A stretch of DNA of 64,000 nucleotides, from NCBI RefSeq assembly GCF_008831285.2, contig NC_045138.2:1922001-1986000 (forward strand). The letters are read 5' to 3'. The notes beneath the pieces were generated by a model, which searched no databases, had not been told where the DNA came from, and saw only the letters and a program-made list of their open reading frames with translations. This stretch comes from Nymphaea colorata (lineage: Eukaryota). A program made the position numbers and the translations under genes. Positions 33,022-47,134 of this stretch are shown piece by piece; positions within the stretch are counted from its first letter, which is position 1; each line of letters begins with the position of its first letter.

Positions 33022-35746
33022 CTCTCAGGTCTGTAATATGTATTTCTTTATCTCCGACTTGTGAATCTTGTTAGAAATGCCAATGTTGTAATACACGAAG
33101 GGAAATGATGTTCATGAGTTACCATTATCTCATTTGTAAATGGTTGACTGGCAAGTATGCAGAGATTCAGAAGGTAAGCACAACATGCATGCAGATACTC
33201 AGAAGGTAAGCACAACATGCATGTATTCTTGCATATTTAATGGCCAGTTAACTGCTAGTACTTGAAGATCGTGTGTAGACTGCGAAAAACGCTGAAGCAA
33301 GTTGGCGTTACTGCCCTGCTGCTGCCTGTCAAAGATGAATGAAGTGCCAATGCAGCTATTTTTTTGATGCCGTGCGTCTTCCATCTTTGATGTGACAGCA
33401 GTATCTTGGCTCCCTTATAATTGTATCTGCAATGTGAATTTCCTTCACCGTTTGATGCTTTTCAATATACATGGCAGTCTGCACAATTCAATCTGGAGCT
33501 AGTCGGTGGTCGATGGGTAACTTGGTATCTCAGCCGTTTACCCTTCTAAACTTGGGAATTAAGTTGTTGTATACTCACAATGGCGAGGAATGAACGAGGG
33601 GTAGCCTTAAAGCTTTGAATTAAGCGACAACTTTGTAAACTTAGAATTTGTCATTTCCCCCATTTTTGTTGTTTATAAAATAGTTGATTATTACCAGAAT
33701 TATGCCGCTAATCTGGTTTTCCTTACGCGTTCTTTGGATCGTTCATCAATGACGACAATATTTTGATGCTTGCAGAAAGTCGACGTCTTTGAACCGATTC
33801 CTCCATGTCAGGTTATCAACAATATTCTCGAATTATGTTTCAATTAGAAGATTTCTCAGCGCTCTTTCACGTTCAGGAAGAAAAGAAAAAATGGCTGCCC
33901 GTTCGTTCGCCTCCATTACTAACTGCACAGGGTGGAGTTGTCAGATGGGTCTAGGATTGTCGGCCTACATCGGTGGGGCGGACGCCAAGTCATATGTCAC
34001 GTTTTCACTTGACGGTGAGAAACTTTCTTGACAGATAATCTGTTTAAGCAAAGGCGAGAAGAAAGTTCCATCTGATCTGTGCGAAACTAGCAGAGTTCCT
34101 TGAGCAAACTTTTGCCAAATCTAAACGCAAGTTTCTAATTGTGTTCAAACTGGGTGCCTTTTCCCCTCCAGATCCTTTTGCACGGAACGGAATTGTAAAG
34201 GCTATTTTTATAAAGTAAACTAGGTCTGTCATGCCCATGACAATTACCGGCACTTCCCCAAGAATCACTTCCATGTTCTCCTGACACCCTTCTAAGGCCT
34301 TCCTGTCACAACCTTTTCCGGTTCAGTCTCTTTTGTGACCGAAACAAATCTCTGGGTATTGGGTCTTCTATTGTTTTAGGCTTCTCTTCACCAGTTTTAA
34401 TGTGATGGATGCTGCTTGTCATTTTTGCTGGATTCCAATCTTGTCGATGGCACACTATTATGGAAAAAAAAGGAAACATACAGGAGAGTGAGAGATCCAA
34501 AAAGAAAAAGGAAAAACAACGGTGTCAAGCCTTTTAAAGGGATAATGTATCCAACGGAAGATCAAATGAATGGTTTGGATTTAAACGAGCCCATGATCGT
34601 AATTAACACATGATGGCGAACTAAATACATTAGTCTCAGCATATGAAACGTGTCGTCACCAACTCTCTTTCTCTCTCCCTAGAAGAGGCAAATGGGATGT
34701 TTTCAACAAATAATCGGTCGACGTAAAGACAACTAAACAGAAATAAGCATGGAGACAAGAAGAATGATCAACTGGCCGAGTATCAGAGAAGATTTCATTA
34801 CAAACATGATACAGAAGGAGAGAATAATACATATAAGGCGGGCGGTTATCAACTGTGCACGAGGTAAGGGATGAAAAAGAAGCAATTTTATCTTCCAGAA
34901 AGAGAATGAGAAGATGCCCTTTAAGAAGAAAGTGAGAACGAAGTCGAACGGCAGACAGGGCTATGAAGGAACCTGATCTGTCTATCTTTAATGGTTGTGC
35001 AGAGCTTAATTGTTACCCGTCCATGACTGCATATTCTAGTATGGACTACAGGCTATCTTTCCAAAGAAAGCTCAGAGTCATTTATGATGTATGAATGAAC
35101 GCTTGCTTTAGATGTTGGAAAAGAATGCCTTAATGCCAACCTTCCATACGACTATGCATTGCAGAAGACTATATGCTGCCTGGGAATTGACGATGAGAAA
35201 CAGCAGATCACCACCACCACCGGCGGTGGTGGGGAGAGCAGATGTAAAGAAGAGGCTACTAATGGTGAGATTCGTTCTTGGCAACTCTGCATCCTTGCCT
35301 TTTCAATGGCTTCGGGCGGGCAAGTCACGGTGGCCCGATCCTTCTCTCAGTTTTTCTCCGTCTTCCTGGTTTTTAGCCACTGAAAGAATCATGGCAAGAG
35401 CCTAGGTATTTTTTAGACCTACACAGGAACCTCTACAAACTTTTAAGGCCATGTTCGGTCTGATCATTTTAAGATCTGGGGTCGCGTTTGATGGGTTAAG
35501 CGCGACCCTTGCATCTCTCCCTCTCTCGTAAGAGGGGTTCGAAGCCCTTCCTCTCCGGCCAGCCGGAAAAGAGGGCTTCGAAGCTCTATCCCGCCGGCAA
35601 TGAAGATCCTTTTTCAAGCAATAATAGAGGGCTTCGAAGCCCTTTCCGCTTACAGGTGCAGCAAGCCCTCCCCTGCCAGCCGGAAAAGAGGACGTTGAAG
35701 TCATCTCCGGTCTGCCAGAAAAAGAGGTCTCCAGCCGTCTGTGTGT

Positions 35747-35798
<52 letters not shown>

Positions 35799-36486
35799 CC
35801 TGCCAGACGACGCCGGCGGGGATCGTCGTCCACCCGACCTGAGAACTGAGGATTTCTTGCCAGGTCCGCGGTTGTCGAATCAGGCGCTTGATAGGCCCGT
35901 AGATCAAAAGAAACGAAGGGTTTCAAAAGTTCCGAAAATCTGCGGGGCCTATGTCCCCATTTGGCTTCCTGGTAAGGCGGTAACTCCATTGTACGAATCC
36001 CTTTTCTTACGGAAATCGTTCTTTGGAAAGGTCATGTTTCCTCCCTTTTGTTGTTTTGCTCTCATGTCATTCTTTTTTGTACGTAAGTTGTTTTGCTCTC
36101 ATGTCATTCTTTTTTCTTACGTAAATAATTATTTGGAGAGTTGCGTTCTTTTCCAGTGATCCTTGGTCATCGTTTCTCTGTTGCTTTGCGAAATTATTGC
36201 ATTTTCTGTTTCTTTTACATTGATGCATGACACTTTACTAAAATAAGCATCATTCTTAATGTTCAATTTTTCTTTGCTTTTTTTCCCGCCTCTCTCTCTC
36301 TCTCTCTCTGTTACAGTTGAACTGGTACATGTATATAACGAAAGACATTTTTTTCATTAGAAATGTTCCATGCCAACATTCAAACAAATATTTCAAAATC
36401 TCTTGAAAATGCAACTAAAATGGTTATGAACTTAGAATCAAAGGAATCCCTCAGAATCATGGAGCTGCAGGCGTGTCCTGTCTTCT

Positions 36487-38640
36487 CTAGTGATTGTTCT
36501 TAAAGGAAATAGCATGCTTGAGGCTGTTTCCCAGACCAGCTAGTGAGCCCATACCTGCAACTAAGGAGACGGCCAAGGTGACCATGCTCAAAGCCTGCAA
36601 CCTGTACCACTGGGACGTCCCCTTCGCGATATTCTCCCGTCTCATGTACATTGATACCGGGAACTTCACCGTCAATGGCCAAAAAATGACCGCTCCGAGC
36701 AATCCCATGATTGCATTGAAAAATGGCATGACCATGGCAAGAACTGTTATATACGCAACAAACAGTGTGCGGAAGACCAGCCTTCCCGGCGAAATCGTCA
36801 CCGTGGTTTGTGTGCGTGGCAAACGGAACTCGAAAGCAGTGCTTGTGCTAGGCCATGCTCTTGCTATCAAACTCTCGAACAGTGCGAACGCTGGCTGCGC
36901 AAATACCTGCGGGTAACCGTCTGTTATAATATTTCTTCTTCAAAACTTTCCTTCATGATGTGTCAGTGGCATGAAATTTGTGATTTGTATAAGCAATTCC
37001 GAAAGTCAGGACAAAGAATCATTCTTTTCGTCAAACAGAGCAACAAAGAAAAGTCTCTGCCTCACAGAGCCTCAATAGAACTGAATTCAACCTTTTGTCA
37101 ACTCTATTTACAGGTAAAATTACTGCCATGACGAGGAATTCTTTAGTACTGTCAATTCAGGGAAATGACTGGTGTCCAGAGATGCTGCTCATTGGTTAGA
37201 TAGTACAGAACCACGTCGGCTAAGTTTAAATTCTTCTATATAGCAACGAAAATAGGTGAAATCTTTACCTGATAAGCACCAATAAGATGGATGACGATGC
37301 AGAGGTTGCCGATGTCAACTAGCCAGAATGGTCCGTAGGATTGGAAGCCGGTGAGAAAGTTTCTTGGAGACGAGTTTCCGAAGGCAGCATAGCCTATGCA
37401 GCCCAGAGATAGATTAAACAGTGCAGTTATTGCTATCCCGTAGAGGCTTGCTCTCTTCATGGTTCGAGTCTCAGGTGGGGGTGATTTCAGCGTATCCTAC
37501 ATCCAAGAAAAACTTTCCTTCATTTTATGAAAGTAACCTTATGTAAGAATTAAGGTCAAAGAGAAACAGGGCTCTCGTATAAGCTGCACATAGATGGGTG
37601 CTGCTTAAACTTGATGTCCATTTCCTGAAGATTTACACTACACAAGCTTGGAAATAATGATGAAACTTGACATGGTGAAAGTCCTTTATTACTGTCTTCA
37701 TCCGGGTTAACTTGAATCCAGAGCATCAAGGTGGATAGTCAAGTTGATAATCCACCTCTGCCTTATTAACTTTTACCATGCAGGTTACCAAAAAATCTGA
37801 CATATTATCTCCAACTGATATATAACAATCCTACAATACGTCCTTATAGTTTCGCTCAAGCAAACCTGTTGCTCATGGCTCAGCCCACTGGCAACAAATA
37901 ATCAAGCACAAATTAGGTCACGAGCTAAACTGACCTCACTCACTATCTGCAAAGTCTTATTGGTATGTGCTTCTACTCCTATTGATTTGTTTATTCATTA
38001 TTCGATCATGGCTGCAGAGGTTCTGCCAGGGTTGGATCTGTTTGGTTCTAGCCAGAATTCAATTTTCTTAGCTTCAGTCCAATTATCTACAATTGCAGAA
38101 CCCAATTACAGCCTAAACTTCTTTGCTTGTAGGTGACATTTTAACGGCTGATTATATGTCTTTGTAACTTCTTTCCTGTAATGAAGATGGAAGAAATCAG
38201 CAGGATGTAAAAAATACCTGTATTTCAATCAGCAGAGGAGCAATACAGTATGCAAAAGCAATGTTTCCCAAGGCTTGGAAGGCATCCCATGTCCTCGATT
38301 CTAAAGTTACACCGTCGAAAATCCCAGCTCCAGTTAGAGTTCCTTTGATCCTGCCGTCGGCTATGAGCTTGCCAATGCAAAGGCCAAGGCCAATGAAGGA
38401 GTATGCGAATGACATGGCTGCTGCTATAACTGATATTACTGTGATCTTCCCCAGGTTAGGAAGTTGAGCCAGTATAACCTCAAGCACCCCAAAACCTATC
38501 ATGTAGAAGTTCTCCGATTCACGGCAATCTGCTTCTTCGCCATATTTGCGAAAGCAGCTGGCTTGCCTCACCGCCCTGTTTGCAACTCAAGAAAAACATG
38601 GTATTCATATTAGTTTGTCCCCATAATTAGACGTACAAAT

Positions 38641-38684
<44 letters not shown>

Positions 38685-40890
38685 GAAGGAAGGAATGACA
38701 TATACACTTACATCAAACAAGCAACTGTTGTGACAGTGTATCCAATCATGGTTCCCCAAAGATTTGCATGCTGTGCAACTACACATAGTATTGTATGCTT
38801 TCTCCCTGCCAATCCAATAGAAGGAAGAAAACCGTGTTTCTTCTTTAGTAAAAGAAACCATTAATGCCTAGTGGAAATAAAGTTTTTTTACTCCGGGAAA
38901 TTTGGTCGCTTTTGAAATTGAACCTAATTTGAAGAGCGTAGTTGTTCTTTTAGTTATAAAAGATACATAAGGTATCTTGCAAAAAATGTAATAAAAGAAA
39001 CCATTAATGCCTAGAGGAAATGAAGGGTTTTTACTCCGGGAAATTTGGTCGCTTTTGAAATTGAACCTAATTTGAAGAGCGTAGTTGTTCTTTTAGTTAT
39101 AAAAGATACATAACATATCTTGCCAAAAATGTAACGTTTTAGCTATTCAAAGGACTTAAAGAGAAATCAAATTCGTATATCCCCTCGAGAGAGGAAAAGA
39201 TGGTAGAAGAGTAAAGAAGGGATAAGAGAAAAAAGAAGAATGTGATAATTCCCACCATGAAGACTTCATCTCAGGCACAAAAGAGATTATTTTGATGGGT
39301 TGGATGTGATTTTGAAGAGTGAAGAGCAAAGCCCCATCCTAACGGAAGAGGAAGTTTGCCTTCTCGTGGCATCTCTAGAATGAGTTTTGCAAAACCCTTG
39401 AGATAAGTTTATTAACTTTGCTCATTGCTAAAGATATGTGCTATTTTAGGTTCCCGACAAAGTTTGCTTGGGGGTTAGGCCCCTTGCCTTTATTAAACGA
39501 AAAATTAAGTGAGTCTTTTCTTACATTTATAGGTTAAGATAATTTAATGGTGAAAATATTTTGAGTTCTCCGTTGATTATTTACTCCCATTTATACACTT
39601 CTTCTAGTTGAGTTTCTTTTGGCTGATAAAGTTGATACGACAGCTATTCTGAAGTGCATATAATTTATTTGTCGGTTTGCCTTTGAGAAATTTCTAAAAA
39701 ATAAACGATGGGTAGTACGATTCCTTTTCAAGTGCACCCCATCATCAATATAATTGTGAAAATGGATTGTGCAAGCAAAGGCGTAACAAACTTCATCAGA
39801 TTTGTGTGATACTATGGAGAGATGCTGTGTTTGAAACCGTTCTAAAAGACGTTACTTTGACTCACAATGGAAAGAATATTCCTCGTAAACGATAAAAAAG
39901 GAGGACGAAAAGACTTTGTTTATAACAAATGAAGTTATAGATGAAGGCAATTTTCAGAAGATAGTTGAAGCATCATTGTTAAAAAAAGGTTTCAGACATG
40001 TTAAAGAATTCGTGTAATTATATATCACAAGGCCGCGGTAAATGAAATTTCAATTAGCAAGAACATGTCAAAAGATACGTGTAAAAGTTTTACTTTAATA
40101 AGTGTCGACGTTATAGTTAGGAGTTTAGAACAAAATGTAATGACAATAAAAAACATGTGAACTATGTAGAGGAAAGGAAAATATCACCTACACTCTTTCT
40201 TGCAGGTAATGGTGTTGAAAGCAAATCACATAGATACATGTGCAAGCAAATGTATATACGGAAAGAGGGAAGCATTTGTAGAATTTATATCTTATGGTAA
40301 TTAAGATAAATATTTCCCTACATTTATTGATGATTATAATATATAACATGAACATATTCTTTGAAAGAGAAATATAAACTATGTAAAGTGTTTAAAGAGT
40401 TCGAAATGATTTTAGATATATCTTTGAGTAAATTTAAAAAGGAAAACAAAAACAAAAAGAGATGGAAGAAATGGGTACCTAGGATTGCATCCACAGCTTC
40501 CACGTAATTGGAGTTTCTTCTGTCATGGTACCTGTAGCAGTCACAGAGGAGGGTAGCTGTGTAATAGGTGACCCAGGCAAAAGCCAGGAGCACGGCAGGG
40601 CCGACGACCCAGCCCAGTTGAGCCACACTCCATGGCAGTGCAAGCACCCCTGAACCTATCACTGCCGTTATTATGTGAGTAGTTGCTGTCCACACCGTCC
40701 CTGTCACATACCCACTCAAATTAGGCTTCATCTTACAGAACTAAAGGAGGAAAAGAATAAGAACCCATACAATCATGATTTTAGAAAGAGAGGGAGAGAG
40801 TACATGAAAAAAGTACATACAATTGAGAGAGAGAGAGAGAGATTTAAAGTACCAAAGGAAAAGCTAGAAGAAACCATGCAAACATGTTTA

Positions 40891-40936
<46 letters not shown>

Positions 40937-41630
40937 ACATGGAAACAAGCGACTTTACAAGGACAACACCATGAAAAAACTTGAGCAACATTTTCTATGC
41001 TGGTACTTGGATTTGTGGTCATGTAACTAAGCTAGATCATTATAGTTGTATTAAAGTTGTTTCCAACAACCGGACTTGGTGCCACACATGAGTAGATGAG
41101 TGTGCCTTAAAAAGGGCAGATTATCATGTCATACCTTAGGATGTTTGGTTCCATATCTAAGAATGTGAGGAATCTTGGAGGATTTATGAAGAGTGTCATT
41201 AAGCGATTGGCTATCAAGGTTCTTAAGAGGGTAGGTTGTGGCATCTGCAAAACCAGGAGCAAAAGCCTAATGTAAGAGTGAGACGGGTTGTTACAGCTAA
41301 ACACTGAACACGTGTTGTTATGAACAAGCTGAGTCTTGGCGCTAGTAGAAACCAACTCATGATACTACAATTTGAACACCCATTTTTTAATGTGGAGAGT
41401 CAAGGTTTGAGACGCCAGATCAGCTTTGGCACTCTCCAAGTAACAAGGTGAAAGCTTAAAAGAATGTAAACTTCATGCAAAGACTACTACCTTCACAATG
41501 AACATTTCATTTCATTGCACTCATATGGAGCATACCTTGATGGAGATAAGAGAGACTTACCAATTCTAACATGGTCATCACCTTCTTGCAGTTCACCTTC
41601 TTCAATGTTCATTGGATGTACATTATTCAT
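36487..41630 (-). CDS. AAP: amino acid permease (AAAP/AAP family), copy A, 6 coding exons, ~457-463 aa
   Basis: Exons 41561-41612 (or from the in-frame ATG at 41630), 40479-40700, 38712-38805, 38218-38575, 37269-37496 and 36487-36906, GT-AG and in frame. Motifs GTVWTATTHIITAVIGSGVLALPWSVAQLGW, ALGNIAFAY, IEIQDTLKSPP, FWPLTVKFP. Confidence 0.93.
38849..39134. repeat. 2 x 143-bp tandem duplication in AAP copy A intron 2
   Basis: TAAAAGAAACCATTAATGCCTAG... starts at 38849 and 38992, with few mismatches between units. Confidence 0.93.
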
Positions 41631-41780
41631 TATCAATGCATCACACACACTTTATCTTTTGCTATCTCTCTATAATTCCTTATGCATTGTGAATAAAGAA
41701 AATTAAGCAGGATTTATAACCATGCTGCTACAATTTTTGCAAAAAATGCTTCATGAGTAGGAGCATGCTCTCCATTGGGA

Positions 41781-42763
41781 AGTATTAAAAGTCTTATTAT
41801 TTCTCAAAACATTAAGGAAGGGTATCCACCTAATGAAGGAAGCAAGAAATTTTGAGGAGACGGTCACAAATATAGTGCAGATGAAGATGGCAACAAGAGC
41901 AACAGTCAAGTTAATTATGTAAATGAGATATCTACTACCATAGATGAAACTATTGTTGCAAGTAAAGATGGTAAGAGTGGTGGTCACACATGGCAACAAT
42001 AAGTTCAATTTTTTTATGACAAAAATACAATAAATGGCATGAAACATTCTAGAAAGATGTGATACTTACAACTAAACAGGAAGGTGTGTCCCTAATGAAG
42101 AAGGGTGTCTTAAGGCAGATTTCTTGCTTTAAAATCCTAGAAATGAGTTTGTTTGTAAATCCATCAGATTTCCTTAGTTTTAAAACAATTTTTCACTGAA
42201 ATTTTTGACTTTCTTCTGAATCAAAGTTGTGGTGCCTTTTCTAGTCGATTTAAGTTTCATCTTGAGTTAAACCACATAATTGTATTTTCTTCTTTTCTTC
42301 TAATCACTTCACTTTTCTTTAACATCAAGGGGAACAGTTATATAATTTTTCGATTGATTTACAAATGCTAGCATTTCCAAAATTTGGGCTGTGACATATG
42401 CCTTAACACATCTTTCTTTATTAGTGGCAATACTTTATGATAAACATTTATTTTCTACCTGATTTCATACCATTTATTGTTTTATTATCATGAAATATAT
42501 GAGCTATCCTTGCTATTTATAACCTTTTTATCATGATAGTTGTAGCCACTTTTTCTTTTTTCTACCTTCATTTACAATGGTGGTTCTATCTCCAAAAGTA
42601 GGCAAGTGATTTGAGTAATTATCTTTGCTGTTACTTTTCTTTCTACGTTTATTAGCAAAGGCAGTTCACTTATTTGAATGACCATCTTCTCAAGATTTTC
42701 CTTGCTTTCATTGGTGGAGTTTCATTCTTCAATGTTTTTAGAAATATTAAAACAATTAATACT
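41781..42763. repeat. diverged inverted repeat (arms ~41781-42120 and ~42396-42763), probably two copia LTRs in opposite orientation
   Basis: Collinear reverse-complement matches along the whole arms, e.g. TGCCTTAAGACACCCTTCTTCATTAG versus TGCCTTAACACATCTTTCTTTATTAG, and TTTCATGCCATTTATTGT versus TTTCATACCATTTATTGT. Confidence 0.7.
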
Positions 42764-44311
42764 CTTTTGAGCCTCTCCTATAGGCCGAGTTTGAATAAGA
42801 AAATGAAACTGGTCCTTAGTAAAAATTTAAGATTTATATTGGTAAGATCAAATGTGGAATTTGGTTATAAATAGTCTATTGATCATCAGTTCATGAGTAT
42901 AGTGAAAATCAATTTGAAAGTGCTTCGACTTGTTATAAAGCACAAGTTTTGCAATCATATGGAGGACACTAATGTTGTTATCACAAAATAGAATTAGAAT
43001 TGTGTTGACTCATATTCCAATATCCTTTAACAAAAATTGGTTTTGATTTAATTCAATAGCTCTTGATGCCATTGCACAATCTTTTGCACTTCAACTTTGA
43101 TTTTATCACATATTTTTGCTTCTAATTAATGATTCAAGACATACAATTTGCATGCACCAAGAAAGTTGCAAAAAATTGGTTGTGGATATGTGTCTCATGA
43201 CATCCAGCCCAATATGAATAAGAGAATGTACTTAGTTTCAAAGTACTTTAGATGTAATATGAAGTCCCATATCAATCTTGCGTTTGATATCCTAAGTATT
43301 TCCTCAATAGCTTGATAATGACTTTGAATAGGTTGATACATAAATTAGTCACATACTTGAGAACTAAGAGATTTCTGGTTGAGTGACGGTGAGATATTAT
43401 AACAAGCCAATGTCTTTTTTATATAAAGTATGATCATTAAACAATTTGTCCTATTGAACTTGAACTCCTATATTTGAACTTGTAATGGGGTTGGATGACT
43501 TGCAATCTGCCATTTAAACTTTTTCAAGAACTTTCTTACCATATTTGACTTGACATACGAAAACATTTGCATGGTTACAAGAAGCTTCAATACGTAGAAA
43601 ATATTCGAGTTTGCCAAAATGTTGATGGGAAACTCTAGGCAAAGTTTGTCAATCAACATTTTCAAGGTTGAAGAATAATTTCAAATTAAAATCATATCAT
43701 CAACATATACGAGAAAAATGCCTTGATAAGATGAAAAACATAGATAGCAAACTTATAATGGCCCACAAGCTTGGAACTAAATTCAGCCTACTTAACACAA
43801 GCCTTAGAAGAATGTGCACCTTAATTTAATAATCGTGTTCAATTTTGAGAGCATCCTCATATCCTAATGGTTGGCTCATCTAAACTTCTTGGCTCATCTA
43901 AACTTCTCCTTGAATGGTGATGAAAAAATGCATTCTTATACAAGCTGTTTTATATCCCATTTGTAAATCACAAAACTGAAAAACAACACAAATATTAACA
44001 TGATGTATAATTAATGAAAAATGTCATGAAAATATAGTCCTTTTTCGTTGAAAACTTGAGCAACAAGGTGGGCTTTTAACTTATCAAGATATCCTTCATA
44101 TTTTAACTTAGCTTTGAAGACCCATTAATGATCATATAACATTTTTCTTAAAATAATAGAAATGAGTATACAAATGTTAATTTTCGGAAGAGCCTTTATT
44201 TCATTGACTGTAACACTCTTCCGTCTAGGATGTAGATATTATGAGTAGCTAGATAGACTAGGTTGTCAATTAAATGTTTTGGTCTATAAATTTGAGTATT
44301 GTTAGGATAGT
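42764..44311 (-). mobile_element. highly degenerate Ty1/copia RT-RNase H remnant, probably continuing beyond 47139
   Basis: Minus-strand remnants WVFKAKLKYEGYLDKLKAHLVAQ (~44056-44125), FLVYVDDMI (~43690-43716), WAGC (~43200) and EIKALxxxN-like (~44170-44210). Confidence 0.75.
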
Positions 44312-45258
44312 TGTTTGCATCCCCAAAAATTTCAGTTGGTTTTGGGATGCTTCAGAAAAATGAGTTTTTATTTTGAAAATGATAAAAGAAAAGGACTCGC
44401 CTGTTGGTACGATGATCGACCGTTCCCGGTGCCTTTACTAGGGGTAATCAACCTGAGGGCTATGTTTATTATCGATGCATTTCACTTTGGCTTGAACATC
44501 TTTTCCATTCTATATGCAGTGTAGAAAAATGTTAAAAGTTTGATGTTTCAAACTTTTGAAAAGGTTCTTGAAGAATCATTTGAGAATGTGAAATATTTTA
44601 GGGAAAACTACAATTAGAAAGTATTTGTAAAAATCATTTGGAAAGCTTGTGAAATAATTTTGAAGTCATTTTATTGTTCTCTTAAGACTTTAAGTATGTT
44701 TGAGATTTTGCTCCAATTCGACTACTACTTGACTAGAGCTCCATCTCATCTTGTTTAAATTTTTTTGGAAATGTGCTTATGATTATAAGTTGTATTAAGT
44801 GAGGGTGAATGCATGAATCCATTGATCCTATATGATTGTAAAGGAAAATCATTCATTCCTACCATAACATTCATCTAAGGGCATTTTTAACATAACATAC
44901 ATCTAAGATTTTTGTTTTGATAACTATCGTATATAAAAAGGAAAAGTTTTTGAAAATGGATTAGGGTTATAGACCATCAAGTATGAATCCAATATTTGGG
45001 ACATTACTTGATTTTTTGTCTTAATGAAGTCGGTAAGTAAAAGACCATGAGAAAATGTTTTAGAATAATGAAAGAAATGCAATATTCTTATAAAAAGAAA
45101 GAGAGAGAAATAGAGAAAGAGAGAATGAGATTTCAAAGATCACTAAATGGAAGATTTGAAACAAGAAGAAATATATATTCTTTATATGTATGTATAAATG
45201 TTTGTATAAGCTTTCAAAAATGAAGTTTAACTTAAAATAGAAAGGGAAAGAAAAAAAA

Positions 45259-45313
<55 letters not shown>

Positions 45314-47134
45314 GAAATTTGTAGAAGATATCTATCCTGAAGAGACAAACAAAAGGTTCTAGAGAGAGAAAATAAAACACATGTATATATGAGTTCATAT
45401 GTATATGCAAATTTGTATAATAAAATGTGGAAACATAGAGAGAAAAAGATAAAAAGAATCATTATATGTGCATATATGTATATAACATGTATATATGTAC
45501 GTGTCTTTATGAGATTCAAAATCAATATATGACTCAAAATAACTGACTTCAAGTTTGATGTAGGCCGGAGGGAAGTTTGGACTCATGCTAGGGATCTTTC
45601 AAAAATGTTTTGGAAAGTATGATTTCAATTTTTTATATATATAAACACAAGACATGGTTATTTTGTTTGTTACAAGAGAATATGCTTCTTCTACATTGGG
45701 TATGGAAGAAGATCAAGCTACACGATAAAATGCTCATTAGAGTTCTTAATAGGGTGATTAAAAAGGAAACTAGCGCTAAATGACATGAAAATGCATATTA
45801 ACATGTACATATTCGTGGAAGAAAGGAAGAGTGAGAATAGGAGAAGCAAAACAAGACTATATTCAAGAAATGAGATGACATGATTCAAACATAAAATGAA
45901 ATATCAATTCATCTTCTCATACTCCCGGTGCACGTAAGAATAGCCTCTTGACTCTAAAATAGAGATTTTAGAGATATCTTGTATGGCCATAGAAAAATAA
46001 AAAAGAAGAAAATAAGGGAAAGAAAGGATGATTGCAATACCTCTAATGAATGATTTTGGGAGAAAATGATCACCCTTTGCTTGAAATGATTTTAAACTCA
46101 CCTTGAATGAAACTCCAAGATGATGAAGATGAGACTTCCAAGAGATTTTCATGCTTCATTGAAGAGTTGTAGTTTGATAAAGCTTGCTCCAAGTTGGAGA
46201 AGAAGAAAAGAATGAAAAGGAAAGAAGAGAAAGAAAATGGAAGAAGATTGCTAAAAACTCTAGGTTCTCAAGTGAAAATGCAGTAGAGCTTCTCCAAATG
46301 CTAACTCATGCTTAAGAGGGAGGATAATAAGGGTTTTTATAGAGAGTTTTGGAGCCAAAACTCAACATTTGAATTTTTTTGAATTTCACAATATTTTCAT
46401 CTAAATTTCAAATAATTTTGAATTTTTTTTTTTAAAATAGGTTTTAACTAAGTGGGATTGACCATTAGCCTTGCAAACATCCTTTTTGTGGGTAGGGCTA
46501 ATGCCCACCCTAGAAGGTCCAAAACTGCTCCCAAGGGGTGGTTTTCTACCGCGTAGGCTTAGTCCTGGCGCTGTTGTGAGCCAGGCACAACAGCGCCCGG
46601 TGCTGGGAAAGTGTGCTCGCACAGTGTTGCATGCGATCGCCTAATGTGATCGCCCTACACGATCGTAGAATGCGATCGTGCACGCACACGTTGCGCGACA
46701 CACGGTCTCGTGACTGCGTGTCGGGGGGCTCAAAAAACCCTTTTTTAATTTTTTTTATTTTTAAGTTAAATAAAATGATATTAAAGTGAATAAAATAAGA
46801 TAAAATTACCAAAAAACCCCTTTTTTTACTTAAAATATGTAGAAAACCGATTTTTTCATTATAAAAGAGTGATCGGCTTCGTTTTGAGCTTCAGAAACAT
46901 ATTTTGGTGTGAGGACAAAGCATAAAATGAGGAAGAGGTCTATGCACGCGAGCGTGGCGCTTATAGCACCAGACTTTGTCGTTTTGAACTCGAATTGAAT
47001 TTCAGGTTTGAAACGCTTTATTTGGATCAGAATTGCGGCTTAAAATTCATTTTAGATTGAATAGCTGCAAATTTATTTTGGGTCTAGGATTAAATCCAAA
47101 TACAGTATTTTTTGAAAAATTTGGGGTGATAACA
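44312..47134 (-). mobile_element. solo LTR (2823 bp), probably Ty3/gypsy-type, nested in the copia remnant
   Basis: TG...CA termini with imperfect inverted ends (TGTTTGCATCCCCAAA / TTTGGGGTGATAACA); exact 5-bp TSD ATAGT (44307-44311, 47135-47139); minus-strand CTATAAAAA at ~46334-46342; no coding capacity. Superfamily is inferred from size and termini only. Confidence 0.8.
45261..45308. repeat. (AT)n microsatellite
   Basis: Directly visible. Confidence 0.95.

Noticed and set aside
33168..33222. Short direct repeats here and at ~15867/15993, ~36051/36088 and ~55220/55262
   Set aside because: Two-copy duplications of roughly 25-35 bp, typical of slippage or repair, with no sign of function.
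35402..36159. 195-aa and 216-aa overlapping ORFs
   Set aside because: They span an (AG)n microsatellite and repeated palindromes, with no recognisable domain.
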